From positions 1-64,000 of the IMG/VR virus record IMGVR_UViG_3300021167_000128: a stretch of DNA of 64,000 nucleotides, one strand, 5' to 3'. Numbering within the stretch: the stretch's first letter is position 1; each line of letters begins with the position of its first letter. This stretch comes from a virus. Lineage: Duplodnaviria; Caudoviricetes. Under the pieces are notes generated by a model that was not told the DNA's origin, made no database searches, and saw nothing but the letters and a program-made list of their open reading frames with translations. The translations under genes were made by a program, and so were the position numbers. Positions 10,168 through 17,974 of this stretch are shown here, piece by piece.

Positions 10168-10290
10168 TGTGTAATACACTAAAAACACGTAACAGATAAA
10201 AGGTGTATGCACCAATACACTAGCAAATACACTTTTTACACAAACTACTTAGTAGTGCGGAAGGTGCAACCAAGCACATAGGAGGTAATT

Positions 10291-10953
10291 ATGAAAACTA
10301 AAGTTGACTTAGCGTTAGCTATAAAACTAAGGGAGGAAGGTTTAAGCTATAAACAGATTAGTACAGAGTTAGGCTGTTCTGTAGACTGGTGCAAGAGGAA
10401 TCTTTCTGGTACAACTAAAAATAAACTTAAAGAGGAAAAGGTTAGAGATTTAGTTAACAAAGCACAACAACCTAGAGCATTAACTAAATCTGAAATTCGC
10501 TTAGTTGTTCTTGAAACCGACAGACCGGAGAGTAATATGACTAAACTTCAGTTTAACGAAGAAGTAAGAACTAAAGTTAACAACATAGCGAATAAGATTA
10601 ATAAGAAAGAAGGAACTATTATTAGACCTATTTGGATGAATCCAAATAACGCTGAATCTTGTTACTATAAATTAGCAGAATTTGCTGAGATCCTTGATGC
10701 ACAACTAGATGAGCTAGTTAATAGCTACTTTATGGAAACAGGAACTGAAGTAACAGAGTGGTCTAAGAAAAGTTTTCTTTGTGCTCTACTACAAATATCT
10801 AAAGCTAGTCAAGTTATGAATGTGTCTCCAACTACTCTCTTGACAAATTATGAAGAAATTGCTAGAAAGCTAGTTGAACGTAATGGAGATTCTGGTTGTG
10901 TTGAAGTCTTACCGGAATACTGTGTTGTAAAAGAAAATGAAGTTACTTACTAA
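10291..10953 (+). CDS. N-terminal HTH DNA-binding protein
   Basis: AIKLREEGLSYKQISTELGCS HTH pattern; GGAGG RBS. Confidence 0.6.
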   Translation: MKTKVDLALAIKLREEGLSYKQISTELGCSVDWCKRNLSGTTKNKLKEEKVRDLVNKAQQPRALTKSEIRLVVLETDRPESNMTKLQFNEEVRTKVNNIANKINKKEGTIIRPIWMNPNNAESCYYKLAEFAEILDAQLDELVNSYFMETGTEVTEWSKKSFLCALLQISKASQVMNVSPTTLLTNYEEIARKLVERNGDSGCVEVLPEYCVVKENEVTY

Positions 10954-10963
10954 GGAATAAAAT

Positions 10964-11536
10964 ATGAACAAAGATTATATTAAGTCCAATGAATTTCTTA
11001 ACTCGTATGAATGGAGAAAACTACGTCAAGAAGTTCTCCTTAAATATGAGACTAGATGTATGTGCTGTGGAGCAGAACCAAACGGTGAAGTATATCTTTG
11101 CGTAGATCATATTAAGCCAAGAAAGACACACCCTGAACTTGCGCTAGATATTAGTAATCTGCAAATTCTGTGTAATGTGTGCAATCATGGTAAAGGTAAT
11201 TGGCATTGTAAGGACTGGAAGCCTGGAGAAACTTTTATTGTAACTAAGCAGTGGTTGCACAAGAACAAGACTCCGGCAGGAGGCTATACACGCACACAAA
11301 TTGAAGCACTAGGTAACAAGTGGCCTCCTAAATCTGGGTGGCCTAAAAGAGCAATTGGAATTCATATTACTGAGGATCAGCGTAAGATGTTTGAAGATGG
11401 TGCTTTTATTAAAGCTAAACAAAAGAAACAAGAGATTGTTAACCTAACTAGAATCGTATTCCTTGAGAAAGAATTGGAGATTCTAAAGTTAGAAGAGGAA
11501 ATCAAAAGACTAAAGAAGAAACTACTTGACGGTTAA
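10964..11536 (+). CDS. HNH endonuclease with extra C-terminal domain
   Basis: CMCCG...VDHIKP...NLQILCNVCNHGKGN. Confidence 0.85.
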   Translation: MNKDYIKSNEFLNSYEWRKLRQEVLLKYETRCMCCGAEPNGEVYLCVDHIKPRKTHPELALDISNLQILCNVCNHGKGNWHCKDWKPGETFIVTKQWLHKNKTPAGGYTRTQIEALGNKWPPKSGWPKRAIGIHITEDQRKMFEDGAFIKAKQKKQEIVNLTRIVFLEKELEILKLEEEIKRLKKKLLDG

Positions 11537-11698
11537 CTTCAGTTCCTCTAGAATCTAGGTATCGATCAACAAGAAAGAGAGAATTGTTATGTTTATTCCA
11601 GGTAGACAAGTAAGATGTAATGATCTTCTATCATGAAGATTACGGTAGAGCATATTTGTAAAAGTATTATTGAAATATCTGGTGTTAAAGATTAAATA

Positions 11699-12061
11699 AT
11701 GCTTAAGAAACCCAAAAGTAAACGCTTCGTAATCACTTGCACAGCTTATGATAAATCTGGTAGAGTAATTGCAATTGAAAATAATTCATACACAGACAGT
11801 TGTAGGCTTATGCGATTCTTTGCCAAAGCTGTAGGTGATAGAACTAAGAATGACCAAAGGAAAGTTTATAATCATGCAGAAATAAAATGTATTGACAGAG
11901 CAATTAAGCTTGGTAAGATTGTTCATATGCTTAAAGTAGAGCGGATAGAGAATGGTCTATACCAAAATGCTAAACCATGTTATATTTGTATGCATGCAAT
12001 AAAGCACTTCAAAATTGCTAAAGTTATATATAGCACAACTGAAGGTTTTAAAACACTTTAA
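11699..12061 (+). CDS. Cytidine/dCMP deaminase-fold protein
   Basis: Zn-binding HAE...PCxxC (HAEIKC, PCYIC). Confidence 0.75.
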   Translation: MLKKPKSKRFVITCTAYDKSGRVIAIENNSYTDSCRLMRFFAKAVGDRTKNDQRKVYNHAEIKCIDRAIKLGKIVHMLKVERIENGLYQNAKPCYICMHAIKHFKIAKVIYSTTEGFKTL

Positions 12062-12076
12062 AGTAAAGGTATGTAA

Positions 12077-12994
12077 ATGCTTATTATTGGATCTTTTGCT
12101 ATTATTGAGAATCTTCCTAATGAACGTATCCCTAAAGATATTGATCTTATTTGTAGTCGAGAAGAATTTTTAGATATTGTTAAATATACTAGGTTGAATC
12201 TTGAAGTTGAAAAACTTCAGATTAAAGATTCTGGTGCAATGCTTAAAGCAAAAAATTATATCCCACTTGAAGTAACATTCCTAGGTGAAGGACAATTTGC
12301 TGAAAGCAATAAACTACTAATCTCTTTGTGTAAAGAGACTAAATCTAAGGCTATTCCATACAGTTGTAATATGATTTCTTGTATCAGCTACGATATATAT
12401 GCTCTTATGAAGGAAACTCATAAATATAGGAAGAATAGTCCTCATTTCTTGAAAACAATGAATGATCTGCTGTTCTATCATACTCAATTTAATATTGAAT
12501 ATTTTAAATATAAATATAAAGACTTTTATGATCTTAGGTGCAAAGAGACTTACAATTATTCTCACCCTAATCTAAATCAGATTAAAGATACATTCTTTAC
12601 TGATTCTGTAGGTTATATCTATGATCATGACTGTATCCATGAAGCTGTTAAACATCTTGACAAGCCTTCATATAAATACTACATTGAAGACTCTTGTGAA
12701 GTTAAGTGCAGTAAAGAAAAGTTTGACAAACTTCCAGAAATTGTTAAACTGTATGGAGTTCTTGAAGAGGCATATGTGTTAGCACTAGAGCGTGCTATCA
12801 TTCCAAATAAAACTGAAGTTAATAAAGCATTTGATATTGCACTTGAAAAAGTTTGTACAAGTATTACTTCAGGTTGGTTTAGGGAGTATGCTTACAATAA
12901 TTACTTTAAAGTAAAAGAGTTATATCATGATAGTTTTGTTGATAAGTTTAATTCCGCTTTGATGGAAGGTGAGATTAAACTTTTTAAGGGGTAA
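12077..12994 (+). CDS. Putative Pol-beta-type nucleotidyltransferase
   Basis: N-terminal IIGSFA...DIDL (GS/DxD) motif. Confidence 0.55.
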   Translation: MLIIGSFAIIENLPNERIPKDIDLICSREEFLDIVKYTRLNLEVEKLQIKDSGAMLKAKNYIPLEVTFLGEGQFAESNKLLISLCKETKSKAIPYSCNMISCISYDIYALMKETHKYRKNSPHFLKTMNDLLFYHTQFNIEYFKYKYKDFYDLRCKETYNYSHPNLNQIKDTFFTDSVGYIYDHDCIHEAVKHLDKPSYKYYIEDSCEVKCSKEKFDKLPEIVKLYGVLEEAYVLALERAIIPNKTEVNKAFDIALEKVCTSITSGWFREYAYNNYFKVKELYHDSFVDKFNSALMEGEIKLFKG

Positions 12995-13035
12995 CTAAAT
13001 GAAATACTACCCACTTCAAATAGATGAAATTTTGG

Positions 13036-13064
13036 TTGACACTTACGTAAATTAAGTATAAACT
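13036..13064 (+). promoter_or_regulatory. Sigma70-like promoter of the tRNA pair
   Basis: TTGACA-17-TAAACT. Confidence 0.7.
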
Positions 13065-13077
13065 TTAGTTTAAATAT

Positions 13078-13154
13078 CTGCCGTTAGCTCAATAGGATAG
13101 AGCAAGGGTTTTCTAGTCCCTAGGTTGTGAGTTCAAGTCTTACACGGCAGGCCA
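13078..13154 (+). tRNA. tRNA-Arg(TCT)
   Basis: Cloverleaf: CTGCCGT/ACGGCAG acceptor, loop TTTCTAG, T-loop TTCAAGT, encoded CCA. Confidence 0.9.
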
Positions 13155-13159
13155 AACAC

Positions 13160-13250
13160 AGAAGCATAGTTTAACGGTAAAACAGCGGACTTATACCCCG
13201 TAGCCATAGATAATGGGCTGATCTCGGTTCAACTCCGGGTGCTTCTACCA
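13160..13250 (+). tRNA. tRNA with anticodon TAT (nominally Ile) and a long variable arm, 91 nt
   Basis: AGAAGCA/TGCTTCT acceptor, loop CTTATAC, 21-nt variable region, CTCGG-TTCAACT-CCGGG T-arm, A73, CCA. Confidence 0.85.
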
Positions 13251-13279
13251 AATAGTATCAGTATCAATATCAAAAGTAA

Positions 13280-13308
13280 TTGACAGTATCTTTTAATGTT
13301 GGTATTAT
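13280..13308 (+). promoter_or_regulatory. Sigma70-like promoter upstream of the VWA gene
   Basis: TTGACA-17-TATTAT. Confidence 0.7.
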
Positions 13309-13424
13309 GCGTATGTCGGGCGGACTCACGAGAAACATTATATACTACTACTACTACTACTAGTAGTATTAGTCGAAAGGGTCTAATACCAACACAACCT
13401 TATAATTAATTGAAAGGAAATTAA

Positions 13425-14726
13425 ATGAAAAACTATATCTGTTTTGTAAACGATCATTCTGGTTCTATGTATGATGTAGTTAATGCAGCTATCAATGACT
13501 ATAATTCCATTATTGAATCTGTAAAGAATGCTGCAACGCGAGAGATGCAAGATACTATTGTTAATACTGTAGGTTTTGGATTTAACCATCCTTCTATTAC
13601 ACGTCAAGTAATTAATTCAAATCCTCACGTTCTAAATCCAGTAATTAGTTGGCCTGCTATGGGACAGACTCCTCTTTATGATGCAATTGGAGATGCTATT
13701 GATCTACTTAAATCTGTTCCTGACTATGACAATTCTAATGTATCTTTCCTTGTGAGTATTACTACTGATGGTGGTGAAAATAACTCTACTAAATATGATA
13801 TGATTAGTATTCGTTTCCTTATTGAACAGCTTCAAGCTTCTGGCCGTTGGACTTTTGTAATTCGAGTACCTACTGGTAACAAAAAGATTGTAGCTAACAT
13901 TGGTATTCCTATAGGTAATATTCAAGAATGGGAAACTACGAATAAAGGTCTTGAAGCTTCTACTGTCAAAACACAATCAGCAGTAGATAAGTTCTTTACT
14001 ATGCGTTCTTCTGGAAGTCGTTCTTCTACTACGTTTTATGCAGATGCAAGCGATGTTGATACTTCTAATCTTGTAGATATTACTTCTGAGATTTCTCTAT
14101 ATGTTGTTCCTGTAGATAAGATGGGGATTGAAATTCGAGATTTTATTCTTGAACACAGAATGGAATACCTAAAGGGTGCTGCATTCTATCAACTGACTAA
14201 AACTGAATCTCGTGTTCAACCTACTAAGCTGATTCTAGTTCGTGATCGAGGTACAGGTAAGATCTATGCTGGTAAGGATGCTCGTAGCATGATTGGTCTT
14301 CCTTCTGATAAGAATGCACGTTTGCATCCTGGTGATCATAAGAACTTTGATATTTTTATTCAGAGTTCTTCTGTAAATCGTAAGCTAGTCGGTGGAACTG
14401 GTGTTGTATATTGGAGTAAGATTGGTGTTCCTTTTACGGATAAGGATCTTGAATATCTAAAGCCGAAAGCTAAAACTGCTGTAGAACTTCCGAAGGTTGA
14501 ACCTACTAACAAGCCTACTAAGAGCCCTATTCCAATAAGTAACAAGGTTCTTAATCCTTCAGTCAATAGTAAGTTTGTTGTATTCTTCACTACTCGTAAA
14601 GAAGCGCGAGAATACAACCAAAGGTATAATCGATCTGGTGTGAAGGATCTATTTATGCTGACTACACAAGAGCTTGCAACTGTTGTTGGTAACACTAGCA
14701 ATAATCGCTGGTTTGTATTTGTTTAA
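13425..14726 (+). CDS. von Willebrand A (MIDAS) domain protein with extra C-terminal domain
   Basis: FVNDHSGSM (DxSxS), GQTPLYDAI, ITTDGGEN. Confidence 0.8.
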   Translation: MKNYICFVNDHSGSMYDVVNAAINDYNSIIESVKNAATREMQDTIVNTVGFGFNHPSITRQVINSNPHVLNPVISWPAMGQTPLYDAIGDAIDLLKSVPDYDNSNVSFLVSITTDGGENNSTKYDMISIRFLIEQLQASGRWTFVIRVPTGNKKIVANIGIPIGNIQEWETTNKGLEASTVKTQSAVDKFFTMRSSGSRSSTTFYADASDVDTSNLVDITSEISLYVVPVDKMGIEIRDFILEHRMEYLKGAAFYQLTKTESRVQPTKLILVRDRGTGKIYAGKDARSMIGLPSDKNARLHPGDHKNFDIFIQSSSVNRKLVGGTGVVYWSKIGVPFTDKDLEYLKPKAKTAVELPKVEPTNKPTKSPIPISNKVLNPSVNSKFVVFFTTRKEAREYNQRYNRSGVKDLFMLTTQELATVVGNTSNNRWFVFV

Positions 14727-14736
14727 TAATTAAAGC

Positions 14737-14764
14737 TTGACTCCAGGCTGAACTGCTGTATAAT
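14737..14764 (+). promoter_or_regulatory. Sigma70-like promoter of tRNA-Leu and the ncRNA array
   Basis: TTGACT-16-TATAAT, overlapped by the inverted repeat GGCTGAACTG/CAGTTCAGCT. Confidence 0.65.
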
Positions 14765-14786
14765 AACTACTTCAGTTCAGCTTATA

Positions 14787-14871
14787 GCCTCTGTGGTGGA
14801 ATTGGTATTCACAAGGGACTTAAAATCCCTCACCGTTAGGTATGTCGGTTCGAGTCCGACCAGAGGTACCA
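14787..14871 (+). tRNA. tRNA-Leu(TAA)
   Basis: GCCTCTG/CAGAGGT acceptor, loop CTTAAAA, variable arm, TTCGAGT, ACCA. Confidence 0.92.
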
Positions 14872-15612
14872 ACAAGTAGAAGAGTTATTTATAGGGCGTC
14901 ATAATATTAGAAAGAAACGAGTGCCGGAGCTTGGATCTGGAGATAGTTATGGCTTTGAGTGGCGACGGTCACTTATAGGGTGGTGGTTCGATCCCCCCCT
15001 CACGCCCTGCAAATAGCTTTTCTACTTGTTGGTGAATGCGCAGGCTGATGCGCCTGTGTGGGATCACACTTGGCTAGTCCATGCCGGAGATCAGCACCGG
15101 CCACCAACAAAGCAGTTCCTCCGTGCTACGGGTTAGGGGTTCCTAGCCGACAAACGGAGGGCCAACATTGAAGCCCTGTGCGCAATAGCGCGCCTCTGGT
15201 ATCCCGGTAGCTGCCGTGAAGCGTGGAAGAGACTTTACTGTCCGTAGCGGGATGGTCAGCCGGTGCCGAGCGCGAAGGTGTCTAAATCCGGTTCGCGTAA
15301 CACAGGGCTTCAATGTTGGTGAATGTGTAGGCTGATACATGCTGTTGAAGTACTAACGTGAAGGCTAAATAAACCACACTATCGGTAAAGCCGGAAGAAG
15401 TCAGTGCCGGCCACCAACAATCTCTCCGGTGGATTGCAGCGGATGGAAGACTGGAAGAAGTCGGGCGTGTCAGTGATGCCGCCCTGTGAGGGACAAAACC
15501 CCGTTCCGGTGGAAGGCCGGGCCAACATTGAAGTACCTTGAGCTGAAAGAAATAGCGGTCAAAGTAAGATGTCGAGCGAAGCTGTGGTCACCCGGAAAAG
15601 TAGCGGGTCAAC
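14872..15612 (+). ncRNA. Array of unidentified structured non-coding RNA modules
   Basis: GC-rich, no credible ORF, two 19-bp stems, two homologous modules with compensatory changes, repeated CCAACA junctions. Confidence 0.75.
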
Positions 15613-15729
15613 AATATTTAATAATCTCACAAATAGTTAAGAATTAACTGCAGTAAAGTCCTACTTAGACTGTAAATAAGTAATCGTAACACATCGTAAT
15701 TATCGTTACTATAACAAAGGAGTAAATAC

Positions 15730-16386
15730 ATGGAAGAAAATAACGTAAATCCTTATGAAAAAATTGAAGGTATGCTGCAATATGTTTGTATCCGGGATGC
15801 AGTCAAAGCTTATCAAAAGCCTGGAACTGACCCTAAGCCGGATGAATGGAAGGTCAGTATTGTTCTTACGGATGAGGATTATGTAGATGCTCTTGAAGAA
15901 TGGGCAACTAAGATTGATTGTAAGCTGTCGCTAAAGAAAGTTAAATCTGCTTCGTTTGAAGAAACTTACAAGACCGCACCTCCAGAAAATGCAGGTAAGA
16001 ATGTGTGGGTCTGGACTCTGCGTAAGAGCGTAGAACTTGGTAAGACAGGTAAGCCCGTTCCTGACAAGTTTAAGCCTAAAGTTTATCAGCGTAAAGGTGC
16101 TACTCTGGTAGATATTACCAATACTGCTCTTGTGGGTAATGGATCTACGGGTGTTGTTAGTACTGATCTATTTGTTCGTAACAACGGTTCTGTTAGTATT
16201 TATCTCAAGAATGTTCTTGTTACGAATCTAATTGAGTGGATTAAAACTGATGCTAGTGATTCTTATGTAGAAGGTTCTGAGTTTGAAGATGTAGTTCAAC
16301 CTCAAGTAGAAGTTAATAAAAACTCTACTAAAACTAAGGTTAAGCAAGAAGATCCTGAAGAAGATCTAGAAGATAGCCCGTTTTAA
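15730..16386 (+). CDS. Single-stranded DNA-binding protein (T7 gp2.5-like)
   Basis: Acidic tail ending in an aromatic residue (EEDLEDSPF); VGNGS motif; replication context. Confidence 0.7.
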   Translation: MEENNVNPYEKIEGMLQYVCIRDAVKAYQKPGTDPKPDEWKVSIVLTDEDYVDALEEWATKIDCKLSLKKVKSASFEETYKTAPPENAGKNVWVWTLRKSVELGKTGKPVPDKFKPKVYQRKGATLVDITNTALVGNGSTGVVSTDLFVRNNGSVSIYLKNVLVTNLIEWIKTDASDSYVEGSEFEDVVQPQVEVNKNSTKTKVKQEDPEEDLEDSPF

Positions 16387-16443
16387 TCTGTTATAAATAA
16401 ATATGGAGGTTGAAAAATATCTCCATAACTTGAAAGGAGTAAA

Positions 16444-16701
16444 ATGCCGATTGTTTTCTTAGTTTTTATCATCCTGTTTCTAGTAGCCCTCCTTCTAGTT
16501 GGTTTTCTCCTTGTAAATGCTTTTGCTGTAGTTCTATCCCTATTTGGATTTATTATTCCTGCCTTTGGCATATTGGAATATATGTCTGTTGGGTTTATTC
16601 TAGTTTATTTCCGTGGATACTTTAATAAAAGTACTAGTATTAGACATATCATGCAAGAGCATTTTAATAAATTTAAGACTGAAAGGAATACTAATGACTA
16701 A
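16444..16701 (+). CDS. Hypothetical membrane protein
   Basis: Long hydrophobic N-terminus; GGAG RBS. Confidence 0.55.
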   Translation: MPIVFLVFIILFLVALLLVGFLLVNAFAVVLSLFGFIIPAFGILEYMSVGFILVYFRGYFNKSTSIRHIMQEHFNKFKTERNTND

Positions 16702-16918
16702 TATTGAAGTAATTGATAAGCTTGTACCTATTTATACTGAAATTGATCTTCTGACTCAAGACGCTAAACAAATCCTAGCAGATGCTAAAGAATCCTCATT
16801 AGACGCTCCTGCACTTTCTAAGGTTGCAAAAGCAAAGGTTCAACAAAAACTTGAAGACCTAAAGGAAAAGACTGATGCTCTCTCTGATCTAATTGATTCC
16901 GTACAAAGCCAGACTTAA
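16694..16918 (+). CDS. Small helical DNA-binding protein (DsbA/GapR-like, tentative)
   Basis: EIDLLTQDAKQILADAKESSLD..ALSKVAK pattern. Confidence 0.45.
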   Translation: MTNIEVIDKLVPIYTEIDLLTQDAKQILADAKESSLDAPALSKVAKAKVQQKLEDLKEKTDALSDLIDSVQSQT

Positions 16919-16933
16919 AATTTAAGTAAGTAG

Positions 16934-16965
16934 TTTGCCCCTAGCTGAAAGGTTAGGGGCTTTAT
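16934..16965 (+). terminator. Intrinsic terminator
   Basis: GCCCCTAGC/GTTAGGGGC stem followed by TTTATT. Confidence 0.65.
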
Positions 16966-16979
16966 TATTGGAGGTATTT

Positions 16980-17969
16980 ATGGCAAGTAGTGTGTCCTTG
17001 ATTGTTGATCTAGATACTCCGTGTTATATTGCAGCGGCAGTTGTGGAAACTCGATCTGTGATTGTAACTCACAATCCGACTGGAATTAAAAAAGAATTTA
17101 GCACAAAAACAGACTTTAAAAATTTATTAAAATCTAAAAATAAACTTGATAGACTTGAAGAATATTCTTTTGAAGATAGACAAGTAACAGAAGATGTTTT
17201 CAATGCTTGTCAAATCTTGAAGTCGCATATTAATAAAGTAATTGAATACGTGTCTCCCGATACTGTTCACTATATGATTAGCGGAAATAATAATTTTCGA
17301 AATGCTTTAGAATACCCTAAACAATATAAAAGTAACCGAGTAAATGTTATTAAGCCATTACTATTACATGAAGTTCAAAATTATGCACGGAACAAATACA
17401 AACCAGAAGTAGTAAATGGGTTTGAACCAGACGACCTGCAAGTTATAATTGGCTATGAAGAACTACGACGCGGTAACAAACCTATCATGCTATTATACGA
17501 AAAAGATGGTTTAGCGTATTCTGGATTATATGTTTATAATCCTAATAAAGAAGATGGTATATTTGAAATTCCAAAACTAGGAAGCCTTTATTTAGATAGT
17601 AAAGGTAAACTCCGAGGTAATGGATTTTTATGGTATGCAGCGCAAGTGACAATGGGTGATCCTGTAGATCTGATTAAACCTACTTGCTTGAGTAGTGCGA
17701 GGTTTGGAGAAAAATCTGCATTTAAAGAGTTTAAAGATTGTTCAAGTGAGCAAGAAGCTCTTGAGAGAATAATTTCGCTATACAAAAAATGGTACCCTAG
17801 CCCTGTCACATATATTTGTTGGGATGGTAGAGTATTAACAAAAAATTGGGTTGAAATTTATGACATGATGCATAAAGGGGTGAGAATGAAAGTCAGCAGA
17901 GATGATGACTTATGTGTTCTAAAATTTTGCAAAGAAAGGGGTATTGAAATTGAATTTAACAGGGACTAA
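16980..17969 (+). CDS. 5'-3' exonuclease (T7 gp6/FEN-like)
   Basis: LIVDLD, NFR, YKSNR, EPDD, GDPVD acidic motifs; GGAGG RBS. Confidence 0.8.
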   Translation: MASSVSLIVDLDTPCYIAAAVVETRSVIVTHNPTGIKKEFSTKTDFKNLLKSKNKLDRLEEYSFEDRQVTEDVFNACQILKSHINKVIEYVSPDTVHYMISGNNNFRNALEYPKQYKSNRVNVIKPLLLHEVQNYARNKYKPEVVNGFEPDDLQVIIGYEELRRGNKPIMLLYEKDGLAYSGLYVYNPNKEDGIFEIPKLGSLYLDSKGKLRGNGFLWYAAQVTMGDPVDLIKPTCLSSARFGEKSAFKEFKDCSSEQEALERIISLYKKWYPSPVTYICWDGRVLTKNWVEIYDMMHKGVRMKVSRDDDLCVLKFCKERGIEIEFNRD

Positions 17970-17974
17970 AATTA

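Noticed and set aside
11633-11695. Tiny ORF MKITVEHICKSIIEISGVKD after the HNH gene, as a possible orphan 3' end of 10291-10953
   Set aside because: Only about 4 of 14 residues match, too weak to support.
15143-15340. 65-aa minus-strand ORF in the GC-rich island
   Set aside because: No RBS or motif, antisense to the local transcription direction; the region is better explained as structured RNA.
14872-15612. CRISPR array, tmRNA, SRP RNA or Y RNA as the identity of the island
   Set aside because: The repeats are only 6-15 nt with irregular spacing and there are no cas genes. There is no tmRNA 5' end or tag ORF and no exact SRP helix-8 motif. The T-arm order is not the permuted YrlA layout, and no Ro60 gene is in the window.
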